Origin: Vulcanimicrobiota bacterium
GTDB taxonomy: Bacteria > Vulcanimicrobiota > Vulcanimicrobiia > Vulcanimicrobiales > Vulcanimicrobiaceae
Direction: 5' to 3'
NCBI GenBank assembly: GCA_963723515.1
Contig: CAVRQT010000002.1
Location: forward strand, 768,001-832,000
Length of the DNA: 64,000 bases
The notes under the pieces are model-generated. The model had not been told where the DNA came from. It saw nothing but the letters and a program-made list of their open reading frames with translations, and did no database searches. Below are positions 9,013 through 18,719 of the stretch, piece by piece (the first letter of the stretch is position 1; each line of letters starts with the position of its first letter). A program made the translations under genes and the position numbers.

Positions 9013-11484
9013 ATGAGTTCAGAACAAACGACCCGCGAAGACAACGGCCTCATCGGCATCTTGCCGCTTCAGGAAGCGGTGCTCTTTCCCAGCACCGTGA
9101 TTCCGCTCGCGGTCGTGAAGAAGCCAGGCATCATCCTCGTCGAGACGGCGCTTCGCGAAGGACGCCCGGTCGGACTTACCGTTTTGCGCGACAAAGACAA
9201 GGAAGATCCGGGGCCGGAAGACATCCAACGCGTCGGCACGATCGGCACGATTCAAAAGATGCTCAAGGTCCCAGACGGGACGCTGCGCTGCATCGTCGCC
9301 GGGCAAAGCGTCTTTCGCATCGACCACGTCATGCAAACCGAACCGTATATGGTTGCGGCGTATTCCGAATTGCCGGACATCACCAAAGAATCAGAAGAAC
9401 TCACGGCCATGCATCGCAATCTCGCCGGTCTCTTTCAGAAGCTGCTCGGCTATTTGCCGCAAGCACCGCGCGAGATGGAGATGGAAGTCCAGAACATCAC
9501 CGATCCGAATCTGCTGACGTATTTCGTGGCGTCGACGATGCGGCTCGAAACGGCCGATCGGCAAGCGATCCTTGAAGAACGCAACACCGAGAAGCGGATG
9601 CGCAAACTGACGATCTTGCTGACGAAAGAGCTAGAGGTCGTCGAACTGGGCCACAAGATCCAATCCGACATTCAGCGCGAGATGGAAAAGAATCAGCGCG
9701 AGTTCTATTTGCGCCAGCAGCTGCATGCGATTCAGGAAGAGCTTGGCGAGACCGATCCGCAGCAAGCCGAGACGAACGAGCTGCGTCAGAAGATCGAGGA
9801 AGCGCAGATGCCCGAAGAGGCGCGCAAAGCCGCGGACCGCGAGCTCGACCGGCTTTCAAAAGTTCCGCAGGCGTCGCCCGAATACAGCGTCATTCGGACG
9901 TATCTTGATTGGCTCGTCCAGATGCCGTGGAGTAAGACGACGACCGATCAGATCGACATCAAGAACGCGCGCACGATTCTCGACGCCGATCACTACGATC
10001 TCGAAAAAGTTAAAGATCGCATCGTCGAGTATCTGGCGGTCGGAAAATTGCGCAAGCGCATGACCGGGCCGATTCTCTGCTTCGTCGGACCGCCCGGCGT
10101 CGGTAAGACGTCACTTGGCCAATCGATTGCCCGCGCAATGGGGCGTAAATTCGTGCGGCTTTCAGTCGGCGGAGTACGCGACGAATCGGAGATCCGAGGA
10201 CATCGCCGCACCTACATCGGCGCCATGCCCGGCACGATCATTCGGGCAATCCGCGATGCGGGCACGCGCAACCCCGTCATGATGATCGACGAGATCGATA
10301 AGGTCGGCAGCGATTTCCGCGGGGATCCGCAATCGGCGCTGCTTGAGGTACTCGATCCGGAACAGAACCACACGTTCCGCGACCACTATCTCGATCTGCC
10401 GTTCGATCTTTCGCACGTGCTCTTCATTTGCACGGCGAACAGTTTAGATTCAGTGAGCCCGCCGCTGCGCGACCGCATGGAAATCATTCAGCTGGCAGGT
10501 TACACGGAGTTGGAAAAGATTCAGATTGCCAAGCGCTATCTGCTGCGCAAACAGCGCCTGGCGAACGGGCTGAAGGATTCGCAGGCGCAAATCAGCGATG
10601 CGGCGCTGCGCGCGATCATCACCGATTACACGCGTGAGGCCGGCGTTCGCAATCTCGAGCGCGAGATCGGGACGGTATTCCGCAAGATCGCACGGAAGAT
10701 CGCCGAGCATCCGCGCTTCAAGGGCCGGATTAAGCCCGAGAGCCTTAACGAATATCTCTCGCGACCGCGCTTCTACAACGAAGTCAAGAAGCGTGTTGCG
10801 TCAATCGGCGTTGCGACGGGAATGTTTTGGACGCCCGTCGGCGGCGACATTCTCTTCATCGAGGCGACCGCAATGCCGGGCAGCGGCAAACTGACGTTGA
10901 CGGGGCAACTCGGTGACGTCATGAAAGAGAGCGCAACCGCAGCCGTTTCATTTTTGCGAGCGCGCTCCGGCGAGTTAGGGATGAGCGAAGATTACTTCGG
11001 CAAGCATGACATTCACGTGCACGTGCCGTCCGGAGCCGTACCCAAAGATGGTCCCTCCGCAGGCGTGGCAATTGCGTCGGCGATCGCATCGATGCTGACC
11101 GGCTTAAAGGTTGATTCTGACCTCGCGATGACCGGCGAAATCACGCTGACCGGTCAGGTTTTGCCGATCGGCGGTCTCAAAGAAAAAGTGCTCGGTGCCA
11201 AGCGCGCCGGCATCAAATGCATCATCCTTCCGAAGCGCAACGAGAACGATCTGGACGACATACCGAAGGAAGTGCGCGACTCGATGACCTTCATCGCCGT
11301 CGAGGAACTCTCCGAAGTCTTCTACCAGGCGCTCGGCAAACGCGTGATCACGCCCGTGATGCTCGGTGCAGATTCCGCGCGCCGGTCAAACAACGTTGTT
11401 CCGCTTCGGCGCGGCGCCATGAAACGCGTGCGGATCGAGCGCAAGCCACGCCGCACACCCGCCACGGCATCTCGTAAGCGCTAG
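9013..11484 (+). CDS. lon: ATP-dependent Lon protease
   Basis: GPPGVGKTS, RGHRRTYIGAMPG, DEIDK, PKDGPSAG, GGLKEK. Confidence 0.98.
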   Translation: MSSEQTTREDNGLIGILPLQEAVLFPSTVIPLAVVKKPGIILVETALREGRPVGLTVLRDKDKEDPGPEDIQRVGTIGTIQKMLKVPDGTLRCIVAGQSVFRIDHVMQTEPYMVAAYSELPDITKESEELTAMHRNLAGLFQKLLGYLPQAPREMEMEVQNITDPNLLTYFVASTMRLETADRQAILEERNTEKRMRKLTILLTKELEVVELGHKIQSDIQREMEKNQREFYLRQQLHAIQEELGETDPQQAETNELRQKIEEAQMPEEARKAADRELDRLSKVPQASPEYSVIRTYLDWLVQMPWSKTTTDQIDIKNARTILDADHYDLEKVKDRIVEYLAVGKLRKRMTGPILCFVGPPGVGKTSLGQSIARAMGRKFVRLSVGGVRDESEIRGHRRTYIGAMPGTIIRAIRDAGTRNPVMMIDEIDKVGSDFRGDPQSALLEVLDPEQNHTFRDHYLDLPFDLSHVLFICTANSLDSVSPPLRDRMEIIQLAGYTELEKIQIAKRYLLRKQRLANGLKDSQAQISDAALRAIITDYTREAGVRNLEREIGTVFRKIARKIAEHPRFKGRIKPESLNEYLSRPRFYNEVKKRVASIGVATGMFWTPVGGDILFIEATAMPGSGKLTLTGQLGDVMKESATAAVSFLRARSGELGMSEDYFGKHDIHVHVPSGAVPKDGPSAGVAIASAIASMLTGLKVDSDLAMTGEITLTGQVLPIGGLKEKVLGAKRAGIKCIILPKRNENDLDDIPKEVRDSMTFIAVEELSEVFYQALGKRVITPVMLGADSARRSNNVVPLRRGAMKRVRIERKPRRTPATASRKR

Positions 11485-11506
11485 TCGATCGGAATTAAAA
11501 CCTGCG

Positions 11507-12079
11507 CTAAGTTTGCGCTTCCGGTCCCCGATTGCGGTGTTCCACCAGCGAACAAAGCTGGTCGCTTCCAACATCGAAAACGCGGTTGGAACGAGCGCGT
11601 AAGTTTTCGAAGCCCGCAATAGCTGCTAGCTCGATGAGTTGTTCTTCCGAGAAGTGCCGGCGTAGTTCGCCGTAAAGGTCGTCGCTGACGTTCGCCGGCG
11701 TTTCCGCGAGCGCATCAGCCATATGCAACAGCGCAATCTCCGCCGGCACAAATCCATCGAAGCCGCCGGATGTAATTGTCGAGAGCTCGGCATCGCTGAG
11801 TCCGTACATTCTGCCACCTGCAGAATTCGCATCGATTCAGAATGGGCATCCGACGCGTGCCGCGGTTCTGAGCGTCACGATCATGGACTGACGCTGAGGC
11901 ACGGCTGATTTCTGAAACAGCAGCCAGTTGGCGAGAGCGTGAAACCAAAAAACACGAGGAACGCGTGCCGCGATTTTGAGCGGCGTAAGGTCACGCCCTA
12001 CCGCCTTGCGGACCATACCAAAGACGAGCCGCATGGGAAGCGAGACTCGCTTCGGGTCAACTCCATCGATTCGTGCCAC
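11507..12079 (-). CDS. AhpD/carboxymuconolactone decarboxylase-like selenoprotein (CPFU, Sec81), 190 aa
   Basis: ORFs 11837..12079 and 11507..11809 share one frame, joined across a single TGA (11837-11839): ...VGCPF-U-IDANSAGGRMYG...; GTG start with SD ACGGAG. Confidence 0.88.
11808..11826 (-). promoter_or_regulatory. SECIS-like hairpin of the AhpD-like gene
   Basis: AUUCUGC-AGGUG-GCAGAAU; perfect 7-bp stem starting 10 nt after the UGA, G-rich loop. Confidence 0.8.
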
Positions 12080-12105
12080 GCTAATTCTCCGTTATAAAGC
12101 CCGAG

Positions 12106-13147
12106 CTAAGCGACTTCGATTCCATCCCCAACGGATACGCTGCCGATGTGGGCGGCAAGCACGCCGCTTTCCTGAAGCGACTCCCTTAGCGCATCGGCGC
12201 GCTCAGGGGCGATCGCGATCAGTAGACCGCCTGAAGTTTGTGCGTCGAAAAGCGCGAGCCGCCGATGCTGCCCGACCGTAGCGTGAAAATGTGACCGAGT
12301 CTTCGTACGCCCGCGCATTATCGTGGCTTCCCGACGGAACATGACCTTCTGCAATAGATTCAAGGACGCCGTCCATCAGCGGCACAGAATTCGCAACGAT
12401 CTTGAGCCGCACGCGTGAGGCGCGCGCGATTTCGAGTCCGTGACCGAGGAGGCCGAATCCCGTTATGTCGGTTGCCGCGCTCGCACCATGCTTGACCATC
12501 GCTACGGCAGCTTTGTCGTTTAGTTGCACCATCCAGCGGACGGCTTGTGCCATTTGGGCGGCGTCGATCGCGCCATGCTTGAGCGCGGTGGAAAGAACAC
12601 CGGTTCCCAGCGGCTTGGTGAGCAACAGCACGTCGCCGGGTTGCGCGCCGGCGTTCGTGACGATCTTGCTCGGATCGGCGATTCCGACGACTGCCATCCC
12701 GTATTTCGGCTCCGGATCTTTGATCGTGTGACCGCCGATGATGGCGACCTTTGCTTGTTGCGCGATCGCCGCGCCGCCTTCGATGATCCGCTCCAGGATT
12801 CGAATGTTGAGTTTCTCGGTTGGAAATGCGGCGATGTTCAGCGCTGAAATCGGCGTTGCGCCCATCGCATAGATGTCGGAGAGACTGTTCGCGGCCGCAA
12901 TTCGCCCGAAGTCGAACGGGTCGTCAACGATGGGCGTGAAAAAATCAACGGTCTGCACGAGTGCCAGATCGTCTTTGAGCCGATAGACACCGGCGTCGTC
13001 GCTCGTAGCGACGCCGACCATCACACTTTCGTCAGTAGTTGCGGGCAAGCGGCGCAAGACTTGCGCCAGCTCGGCGGAGCCGAGTTTGCTTGCTCAACCC
13101 GCGCATGACGAAAATTCGGTAAGACGCACGGTCTCAAAGGACTGCAT
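12106..13147 (-). CDS. selD: selenide,water dikinase (selenophosphate synthetase), Sec-containing (U18); frameshift near 12285
   Basis: MQSFETVRLTEFSSCAG-U(TGA 13094-13096)-ASKL in frame with ORF 12203..13057; DDAGVY, QTVDFFTPIVDDP, GGHT, TDITGFGLLGH; C-terminal DAQTSGGLL lies in ORF 12106..12363. Confidence 0.95.
13051..13084 (-). promoter_or_regulatory. candidate SECIS hairpins in selD
   Basis: CUCGGC-UCC-GCCGAG (13084-13070) followed by GGCGCAA-GUC-UUGCGCC (13067-13051), downstream of the UGA. Confidence 0.55.
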
Positions 13148-13197
13148 ACGGCCTAATACAACATTCGCGCACAGAGGTCCGCGCGGAGGCGTCAGAA

Positions 13198-14428
13198 ATG
13201 AAACGCGAGTTGCTGTTTATCCCAGGCCCCGTCACCGTCTCGCAGCCGGTGTTGGCTTCGCTCGCAAGGCCGTTAATCGATCATCGCGGTCCGGCATTCG
13301 CGCAATTAATCGAGCGCATTACGCGTCAACTGCAACCGCTCTTCGGCACCTCGGGAGCGATTGCAATCCTCGGCTCCTCCGGAACCGGCGGCATGGAAGC
13401 GGCGCTCGTCAGTCTCTTTTCACCCGGAGACCATCTCTTGGCGTGCCCGGTTGGACTGTTCGGATTGCGCTTTGCAGAAATTGGACGGGCGTACGGGTGT
13501 GACGTCGAGATTCTCGAGACGCAAGGGGGCCATGCGCTCGATCCGCAGCGGTTCGCTGAGCGGCTTCGTGCGGATCGAAAGCACCAGATCAATGGCATAC
13601 TGCTGACGCACAACGAGACGTCGACCGGCGTTCAAAACGATTTGCTTACGCTGAGTCGTATCGCCGCCGAGCACGGTGCAATAACGCTCGTCGATTCCGT
13701 CAGCGGTCTCGGCGCGAGCGACGTGCGTATGGACGAATGGAGCCTTGATGCGATCGTGGCCGCATCGCAAAAAGTCTTAGCGGCTCCGCCGGGCGTTGCG
13801 ATGGTTGCGCTCAGCGATCGTGCCGTCGAGCGTCTTGCCGCTGCGGAAGTCCCTTCTTTCTACTTCGATTTGCGCAAAGCGCTAGACTTTTATGCGCTTG
13901 GCCAGACGCCGTGGACGCCGCCGGTTTCAGCGCTCTTCGCGCTTGAAACGGCGTTGGAACGCTACGCGGCAGAAGGCGCATCGAACGTGCGGGAACGACT
14001 CGGTCTCTATGCTGGCGCCATTCGAGCCGGTGCCAAAGCGCTCGGTTTAGAGCCTTTCTCGCGTCATGATGCACATTCGAATACCGTCGTTGCGCTAAAG
14101 GCACCGCCGAACGTCGATCTGGCGCACGTTGTGCGCGCCTTACGCGAGGAATATGGAATCGTAATCTCCGGCGGCCAGGAGCATCTCCGCGGCAAGATTT
14201 TGCGCATCGGCACGATGGGCGATATCGCGCAAACCGACATCATCGCGTCTGTTGAACGCGCTCGAAGAAGTGCTAAGCGAAGCGGGCGTTTCGGTTGAGC
14301 AAGGCGCAGCGGCACGAGCGGCGCTCGACGTCTTCGTACGCTTTGAAGAGACGACGTTGCCTACACGCGGTGACGGGCCAAGAACGGATGCACGAACGGG
14401 CGCGCAAACCATGGCAACGCTGACGTAA
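13198..14428 (+). CDS. class V aminotransferase (serine-pyruvate/alanine-glyoxylate type); probable frameshift near 14250, end uncertain
   Basis: LLFIPGP, SGTGGMEA, HNETSTGV, DSVSG, ASQK.LAAPPG, GGQ...RIGTMG. Confidence 0.88.
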
Positions 14429-14897
14429 TCGCTCCATCGATTCGGCCGTCCGGCTGAGTCAGCAGCGCCACAAGGCGCGAATTGTGGAGATCGTTGCGGA
14501 TGTCGCGCGAAAGCGGAAAGAGCAGCGCGACGTACAGGATAAACCAGAGGAAGACGATCGATTTCAGCAGCCCAACGCCGCCGCCTGCTAGAGCATTTCC
14601 CAATCCGAGAAACGGAAGCTTCGCGAAGCGATTGAGAAACCAAGCCACTGCGATGACCGCAATGTAGGTGAGAAGGCCGACGACGAACATCGCAACGACA
14701 TGCGCGGATCCCGGTCCTAAATGCACGTAGCTTTGAAGTGTTTGGTCCGCAAAGCCGTTATACCAAAACGGCGTAATCAAGGCGGCGAAGAGCGCGATGC
14801 CGCCGGTCAGCTCCGAAATGAAACCGCGTTTGTACCCCTTGAGCGTCGCGATCAAGACGATCGCGCCGATGACCAGGTCCGGCCAAACGAGTCCCAT
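14361..14897 (-). CDS. CvpA family membrane protein
   Basis: D..I......KGYKRGFISEL and LGNALAGGGVGLLK; start overlaps the pheT stop (TGATG). Confidence 0.82.
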   Translation of the reverse strand: MGLVWPDLVIGAIVLIATLKGYKRGFISELTGGIALFAALITPFWYNGFADQTLQSYVHLGPGSAHVVAMFVVGLLTYIAVIAVAWFLNRFAKLPFLGLGNALAGGGVGLLKSIVFLWFILYVALLFPLSRDIRNDLHNSRLVALLTQPDGRIDGAITSALPWFARPFVHPFLARHRV

Positions 14898-17259
14898 CAG
14901 GTGCGAAGCGTTGCGCCGAGCTTTTGTTGCAAGGCTTTAACGACGCGCTCGACGACCTCGTCGGCTTGCGAGTCGGTCATTGTCGTGTCGTCGCGGCCTA
15001 AGATCATGCGTGCCGCGAGACTCTTGCGCTCCGGACCGATTTGCGGCCCTCGGTATTCATCGAAGACGCGCACCCCTTTGCACAGCGGCCCCGCGGCCTC
15101 GAGCGATCGCTGCTTCGAGATGTGCCGCAGTGACGTCGAGCGGAAGGATCAACGCCAAATCGCGATCCGTTGTCGGGAAGCGCGACGGCACGGTGAAGCG
15201 CGGCGCAGTCTTCGGCGGCAAATTCTCAAGTTCAATGCCGCCTGCGTAGACCGCAAGCTCGATGTCGTAGGCGCGCGTCAGTCGTGGATCGAGAGTGCCG
15301 ACATACGCCACGCGCCGTTCGTCGAGCGATAACACGGCGGTTTTTCCGGGGTGGAAACCACGCAATTCTGCGGCCTGCTCCTCGGGCGTTCGGCCGGTCA
15401 ATTCATGAACGAGCGCTTGCGCGTGCCCCTTAGCGCGCAGAAAGTGCGAATCGCGCCACGGCGGCTCGTCGAGTCGTTTTGCCGTGAAGGCAAAACCGAC
15501 GACCGCATGTTCGTCAACCGGAGCGCTTGCCTCGAAGACATGTCCGATCTCAAAAATCTTCATCGGTTCGCGCAACCGTGCAAAGTATTCGAGGAAGCCG
15601 GGTTCTAAAGCGCGTCGTAAGTAGCGCTGATCCTCGGAGAGCGGGTTGCGAACTTCGGCCAGCGGCACATCGGGTAAACCGGCTTGCGCGCTCTTCTCTT
15701 GCACGCGCGATCCATGCAACGAGTAAGAGACGATCTCATGGTAGCCCAGCGCAGCGAGGGCGCGGGCGGCGCTGCGTTCGCGCAAGTATTCAGCGCTCGA
15801 AATGTCGCGGGGCGCCAGCTCCGGAAACTCGGCCGGCACATTCGCATAGCCGGCCATCCGCGCGATCTCTTCGACGATGTCGGCTGCATACGTGACGTCG
15901 CGTCGCCAAAGTGGCGGCGTGACGTCAAGCATGTCACGAGTTGGGCGATGTGACGGAGAAGCCAAGACCCTCGAGATAGGCTTCGACCTCGCCTTGCGGC
16001 AGTTCGAAGCCGAGTAAACGCTTGACCTCGCCGAGCGGAAAACGGATCGACGGCGGCGCTTCAATCGGCTTGCCGAAGATCAGTGCCGGATGCGGCGTAG
16101 CGCCTTCGTCCGCAAGAAGATTTGCGGCGCGTGTGGCGCCGTAATCGGTGAGGATCGGCGCAAGGCCTTTCTCGTGGCGCGCTGAGGCTTCGGTGCGCAA
16201 ACCTAAAGCGGCGCTCATTCGGCGAATGCGCGCGCCGGCGAAGTTCGCGGCCTCAAGAATAATCGATGTTGTCGCCTCGGTGACTTCAGTTCTTTGGCCG
16301 CCTTTGAGACCGGCGAGCCCTTGCGCTCCGGCGTCATCGGCGATGACGAGATCGCGCGACGACAGCTCGTACTGCATGCCGTCGAGCGTCGTTAGCCGCT
16401 CCTTGTCGCCGGCGTCGCGCGCGATCAGATGGCGGCCCGTGATCTTCGCTGCATCGTAAAAATGCAGCGGCTGACCGACTTCGAGCATGACGTAATTCGA
16501 GATGTCGACGACGTTATTGATTGGCCGCTGTCCGGCGAGCGCGAGGCGCACGCGCATCCAAAGCGGCGAGATGCCGATGCGCACGTCGCTGAACCGTTGA
16601 GCGACGAACCGTGGGCAGTCTTTCGACTTGAGCGTAACGCTGACGCCTTGCGGATCCTCGCCGCCTGGTACGACTTCTTGCATGCCGGCCGGAGGCCGCA
16701 GCGGCGTGCGGTATGCGGCCGCAAGTTCGCGCGCCAGGCCAAAGATCGACATCGCATCCGGCCGGTTCGTCGTGATCTCGACGTCGAGGACATCGTCGCT
16801 CAACTGAAGCCACTGCACGACGTCTACGCCCAAGCGCGCGTCGCCGTTCAGCTGCAAGATACCGTCTTCGAACCATTCCGGTGGAAGCCCGAGCTCGTCG
16901 GCTGAGATCATCATGCCCTCGGATTCAAAGCCGCGCATCTTGCGCCGCTCGATCGTGAGGTTGGGAAGTCGTGCGCCTATCGTCGCAACCGCAATCGTTT
17001 GATCGACTGCGACGTTCGTTGCGGCGGTCGCAACGTTTAGCCGCCGCTCGTTGCCGACGTCAACGCCGGCGACCAACAGCCGATCGGCATTCGGATGCCG
17101 CTCGAGAGTCGCGATTCGACCGATGACGATGCCGGAGAGCGCCGGTCGCTTGACGATGTCTTCAACGGGGAAGCCAATCTCTGCCAAACGATCGGCGATC
17201 GCTTGCGAATCGGCGGGCAAATCGACGAACTCGCGCAACCACGCAATGGGAGTTCTCAA
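14897..17259 (-). CDS. pheT: phenylalanine--tRNA ligase beta subunit; frameshifts near 15940 and 15090
   Basis: HPNADRL, NRPDAMS, PINNVVDISNYVMLEVGQPLH, EEIARMAGY, SRFPTTDRDLA, spread across three frames. Confidence 0.95.
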
Positions 17260-17375
17260 TTAGACGGCGCTCCGCTCTAAGCTACGCGCCCCCCAGCCGA
17301 GCTGGGGCCCCCAGGCCATCGCTCCCTCGCGAATGTCGAAGAAACACCATGCCCCGTGGGGTCGCGGAAGAAACA

Positions 17376-18410
17376 TTATCGTAGCTGCTCCAAGAATTGC
17401 GGGTCGTTTTCAAAGAAGCGGCGGATGTCGTCGATCCCGTAGCGCCGTAGTGCGATGCGCTCAAGGCCAAAGCCGAACGCCCAGCCGGAGTAGACGTCAG
17501 GATCGTACTTCAAGTTGCGCAAGACGTTCGGATGCACCATCCCGGAACCGCCGAGCTCGATCCATCGCGCGCCGCCGCACATCCGGCAAGCGCCGCCCTC
17601 ACCTTTGCAAACGGGACACCGCGCATCGACTTCAGCGCTCGGTTCGGTGAACGGAAAATATGACGGCCGAAAGCGCAGGTCGGTCTCAACGCCAAAGAGC
17701 TCACGGCACATGCCGATCAACATTCCCTTGAGATGTCCAAAGTGGATCGCCTCGCCGACGAGCAGTCCCTCAACTTGATGGAACATGAACGAGTGTCGTG
17801 CATCGACCGCGTCGCGCCGATAGCATTTTCCCGGCACGATCACGGCCACGGGCGGCGCAAACGCTTCGAGCGTGCGAATCTGCATCGGCGAGGTATGGGG
17901 ACGTAAGAGCATCGTGTCGCTCAGATAGAACGAATCAAAGCCTTCACGCGCCGGATGGTCCGGCGGAATATTCAGCGCATCAAAGTTGTAGTAATCCGGC
18001 TCCGCTTCTGGACCAAGCACGATCGCAAAACCGTGCCGTTCGAAGTATGAGGCGATGTCTTCCATGACTTGCCGAATCGGATGCAGCGAGCCGAGATCAG
18101 GCTTTTCAGCCGGAAACGTTACATCGATCGACTGCTGAAGCGCCGCTTCAAAGCCCCTGTTTTCCGAGCTTCGCAGCGCGTCATCGAGCGCCGCTTCCAT
18201 CTTAGCCACGGCTTCGTTGATGATCCGACCGGCATCTGGGCGCTGGGCGGCCGGCAACGAACCGATCGCGCGGCGCACTTTGGTGACCTCTCCGTTGCGG
18301 CCGAGGAAGGAGACGCGCACCGCGTCGAGCGCTTTGCCGTCCAATGCAGCAGCGAGCGCATCGTCAAAGCGCCCTCGCATTGCTTCCAACTGCTGCTCTA
18401 AATCGCTCAT
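17376..18410 (-). CDS. pheS: phenylalanine--tRNA ligase alpha subunit
   Basis: NFDALNIPPDHPAR, LRPHTSPMQ, FHQVEGL, FPFTEPSAE, GFGLER. Confidence 0.98.
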   Translation of the reverse strand: MSDLEQQLEAMRGRFDDALAAALDGKALDAVRVSFLGRNGEVTKVRRAIGSLPAAQRPDAGRIINEAVAKMEAALDDALRSSENRGFEAALQQSIDVTFPAEKPDLGSLHPIRQVMEDIASYFERHGFAIVLGPEAEPDYYNFDALNIPPDHPAREGFDSFYLSDTMLLRPHTSPMQIRTLEAFAPPVAVIVPGKCYRRDAVDARHSFMFHQVEGLLVGEAIHFGHLKGMLIGMCRELFGVETDLRFRPSYFPFTEPSAEVDARCPVCKGEGGACRMCGGARWIELGGSGMVHPNVLRNLKYDPDVYSGWAFGFGLERIALRRYGIDDIRRFFENDPQFLEQLR

Positions 18411-18412
18411 TA

Positions 18413-18450
18413 CAAATGAAAAAGCGCCCGGCTGGTTTTTCCGGGCGCTC
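18413..18450 (-). terminator. intrinsic terminator/attenuator hairpin immediately upstream of pheS
   Basis: AGCGCCCGG-loop-CCGGGCGCT followed by TTTTCATTT, ending a few nt before the pheS ATG. Confidence 0.75.
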
Positions 18451-18475
18451 TTGAAACTCTACCTTTTTTCGCGCT

Positions 18476-18577
18476 TTAGGACGGATTCGGACTCGGATGG
18501 AGCTGCCGATAAATCAGGTAAGCGTTGATCGACCCGGTTGTCTTGAACAGCTTCCAAAAAAAGTCGCAGGTGGCCAT
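18476..18577 (-). CDS. YqzL-like small protein / candidate leader peptide (33 aa)
   Basis: MATCDFFWKLFKTTGSINAYLIYRQLHPSPNPS resembles the YqzL pattern DFxWxxFxxTGSxxxYL; SD GAAGGAG upstream. Confidence 0.75.
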   Translation of the reverse strand: MATCDFFWKLFKTTGSINAYLIYRQLHPSPNPS

Positions 18578-18641
18578 ATGTGCGCTGCTTCTCCTTCTCA
18601 TCGGTCGGTCCGCACGCCGGTAGGGCTCTGTGCGTGCGAAG

Positions 18642-18650
18642 AGTATAGCA
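18642..18650 (-). promoter_or_regulatory. extended -10 promoter for the yqzL-like ORF/pheST
   Basis: TGCTATACT on the minus strand. Confidence 0.55.
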
Positions 18651-18719
18651 TGCGACTTTTCCACAGGGTAGTCTTGACAGATTGTCCGATTTGGACTGTC
18701 TTGACAAACTCCTGGCCGC

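Noticed and set aside
11507..13147. Genome-wide UGA reassignment (code 4 or 25) explaining the in-frame TGAs
   Set aside because: TGA is the normal stop for many genes here (e.g. pth, uppS, meaB); both in-frame cases sit at catalytic Cys positions
13198..14428. Selenocysteine lyase/cysteine desulfurase or SelA next to selD
   Set aside because: Motifs (IPGP, ASQK, GGQ, RIGTMG) fit serine-pyruvate/alanine-glyoxylate aminotransferases
18411..18700. T-box riboswitch upstream of pheS
   Set aside because: No GGTGGNACC-type T-box sequence or specifier stem recognisable
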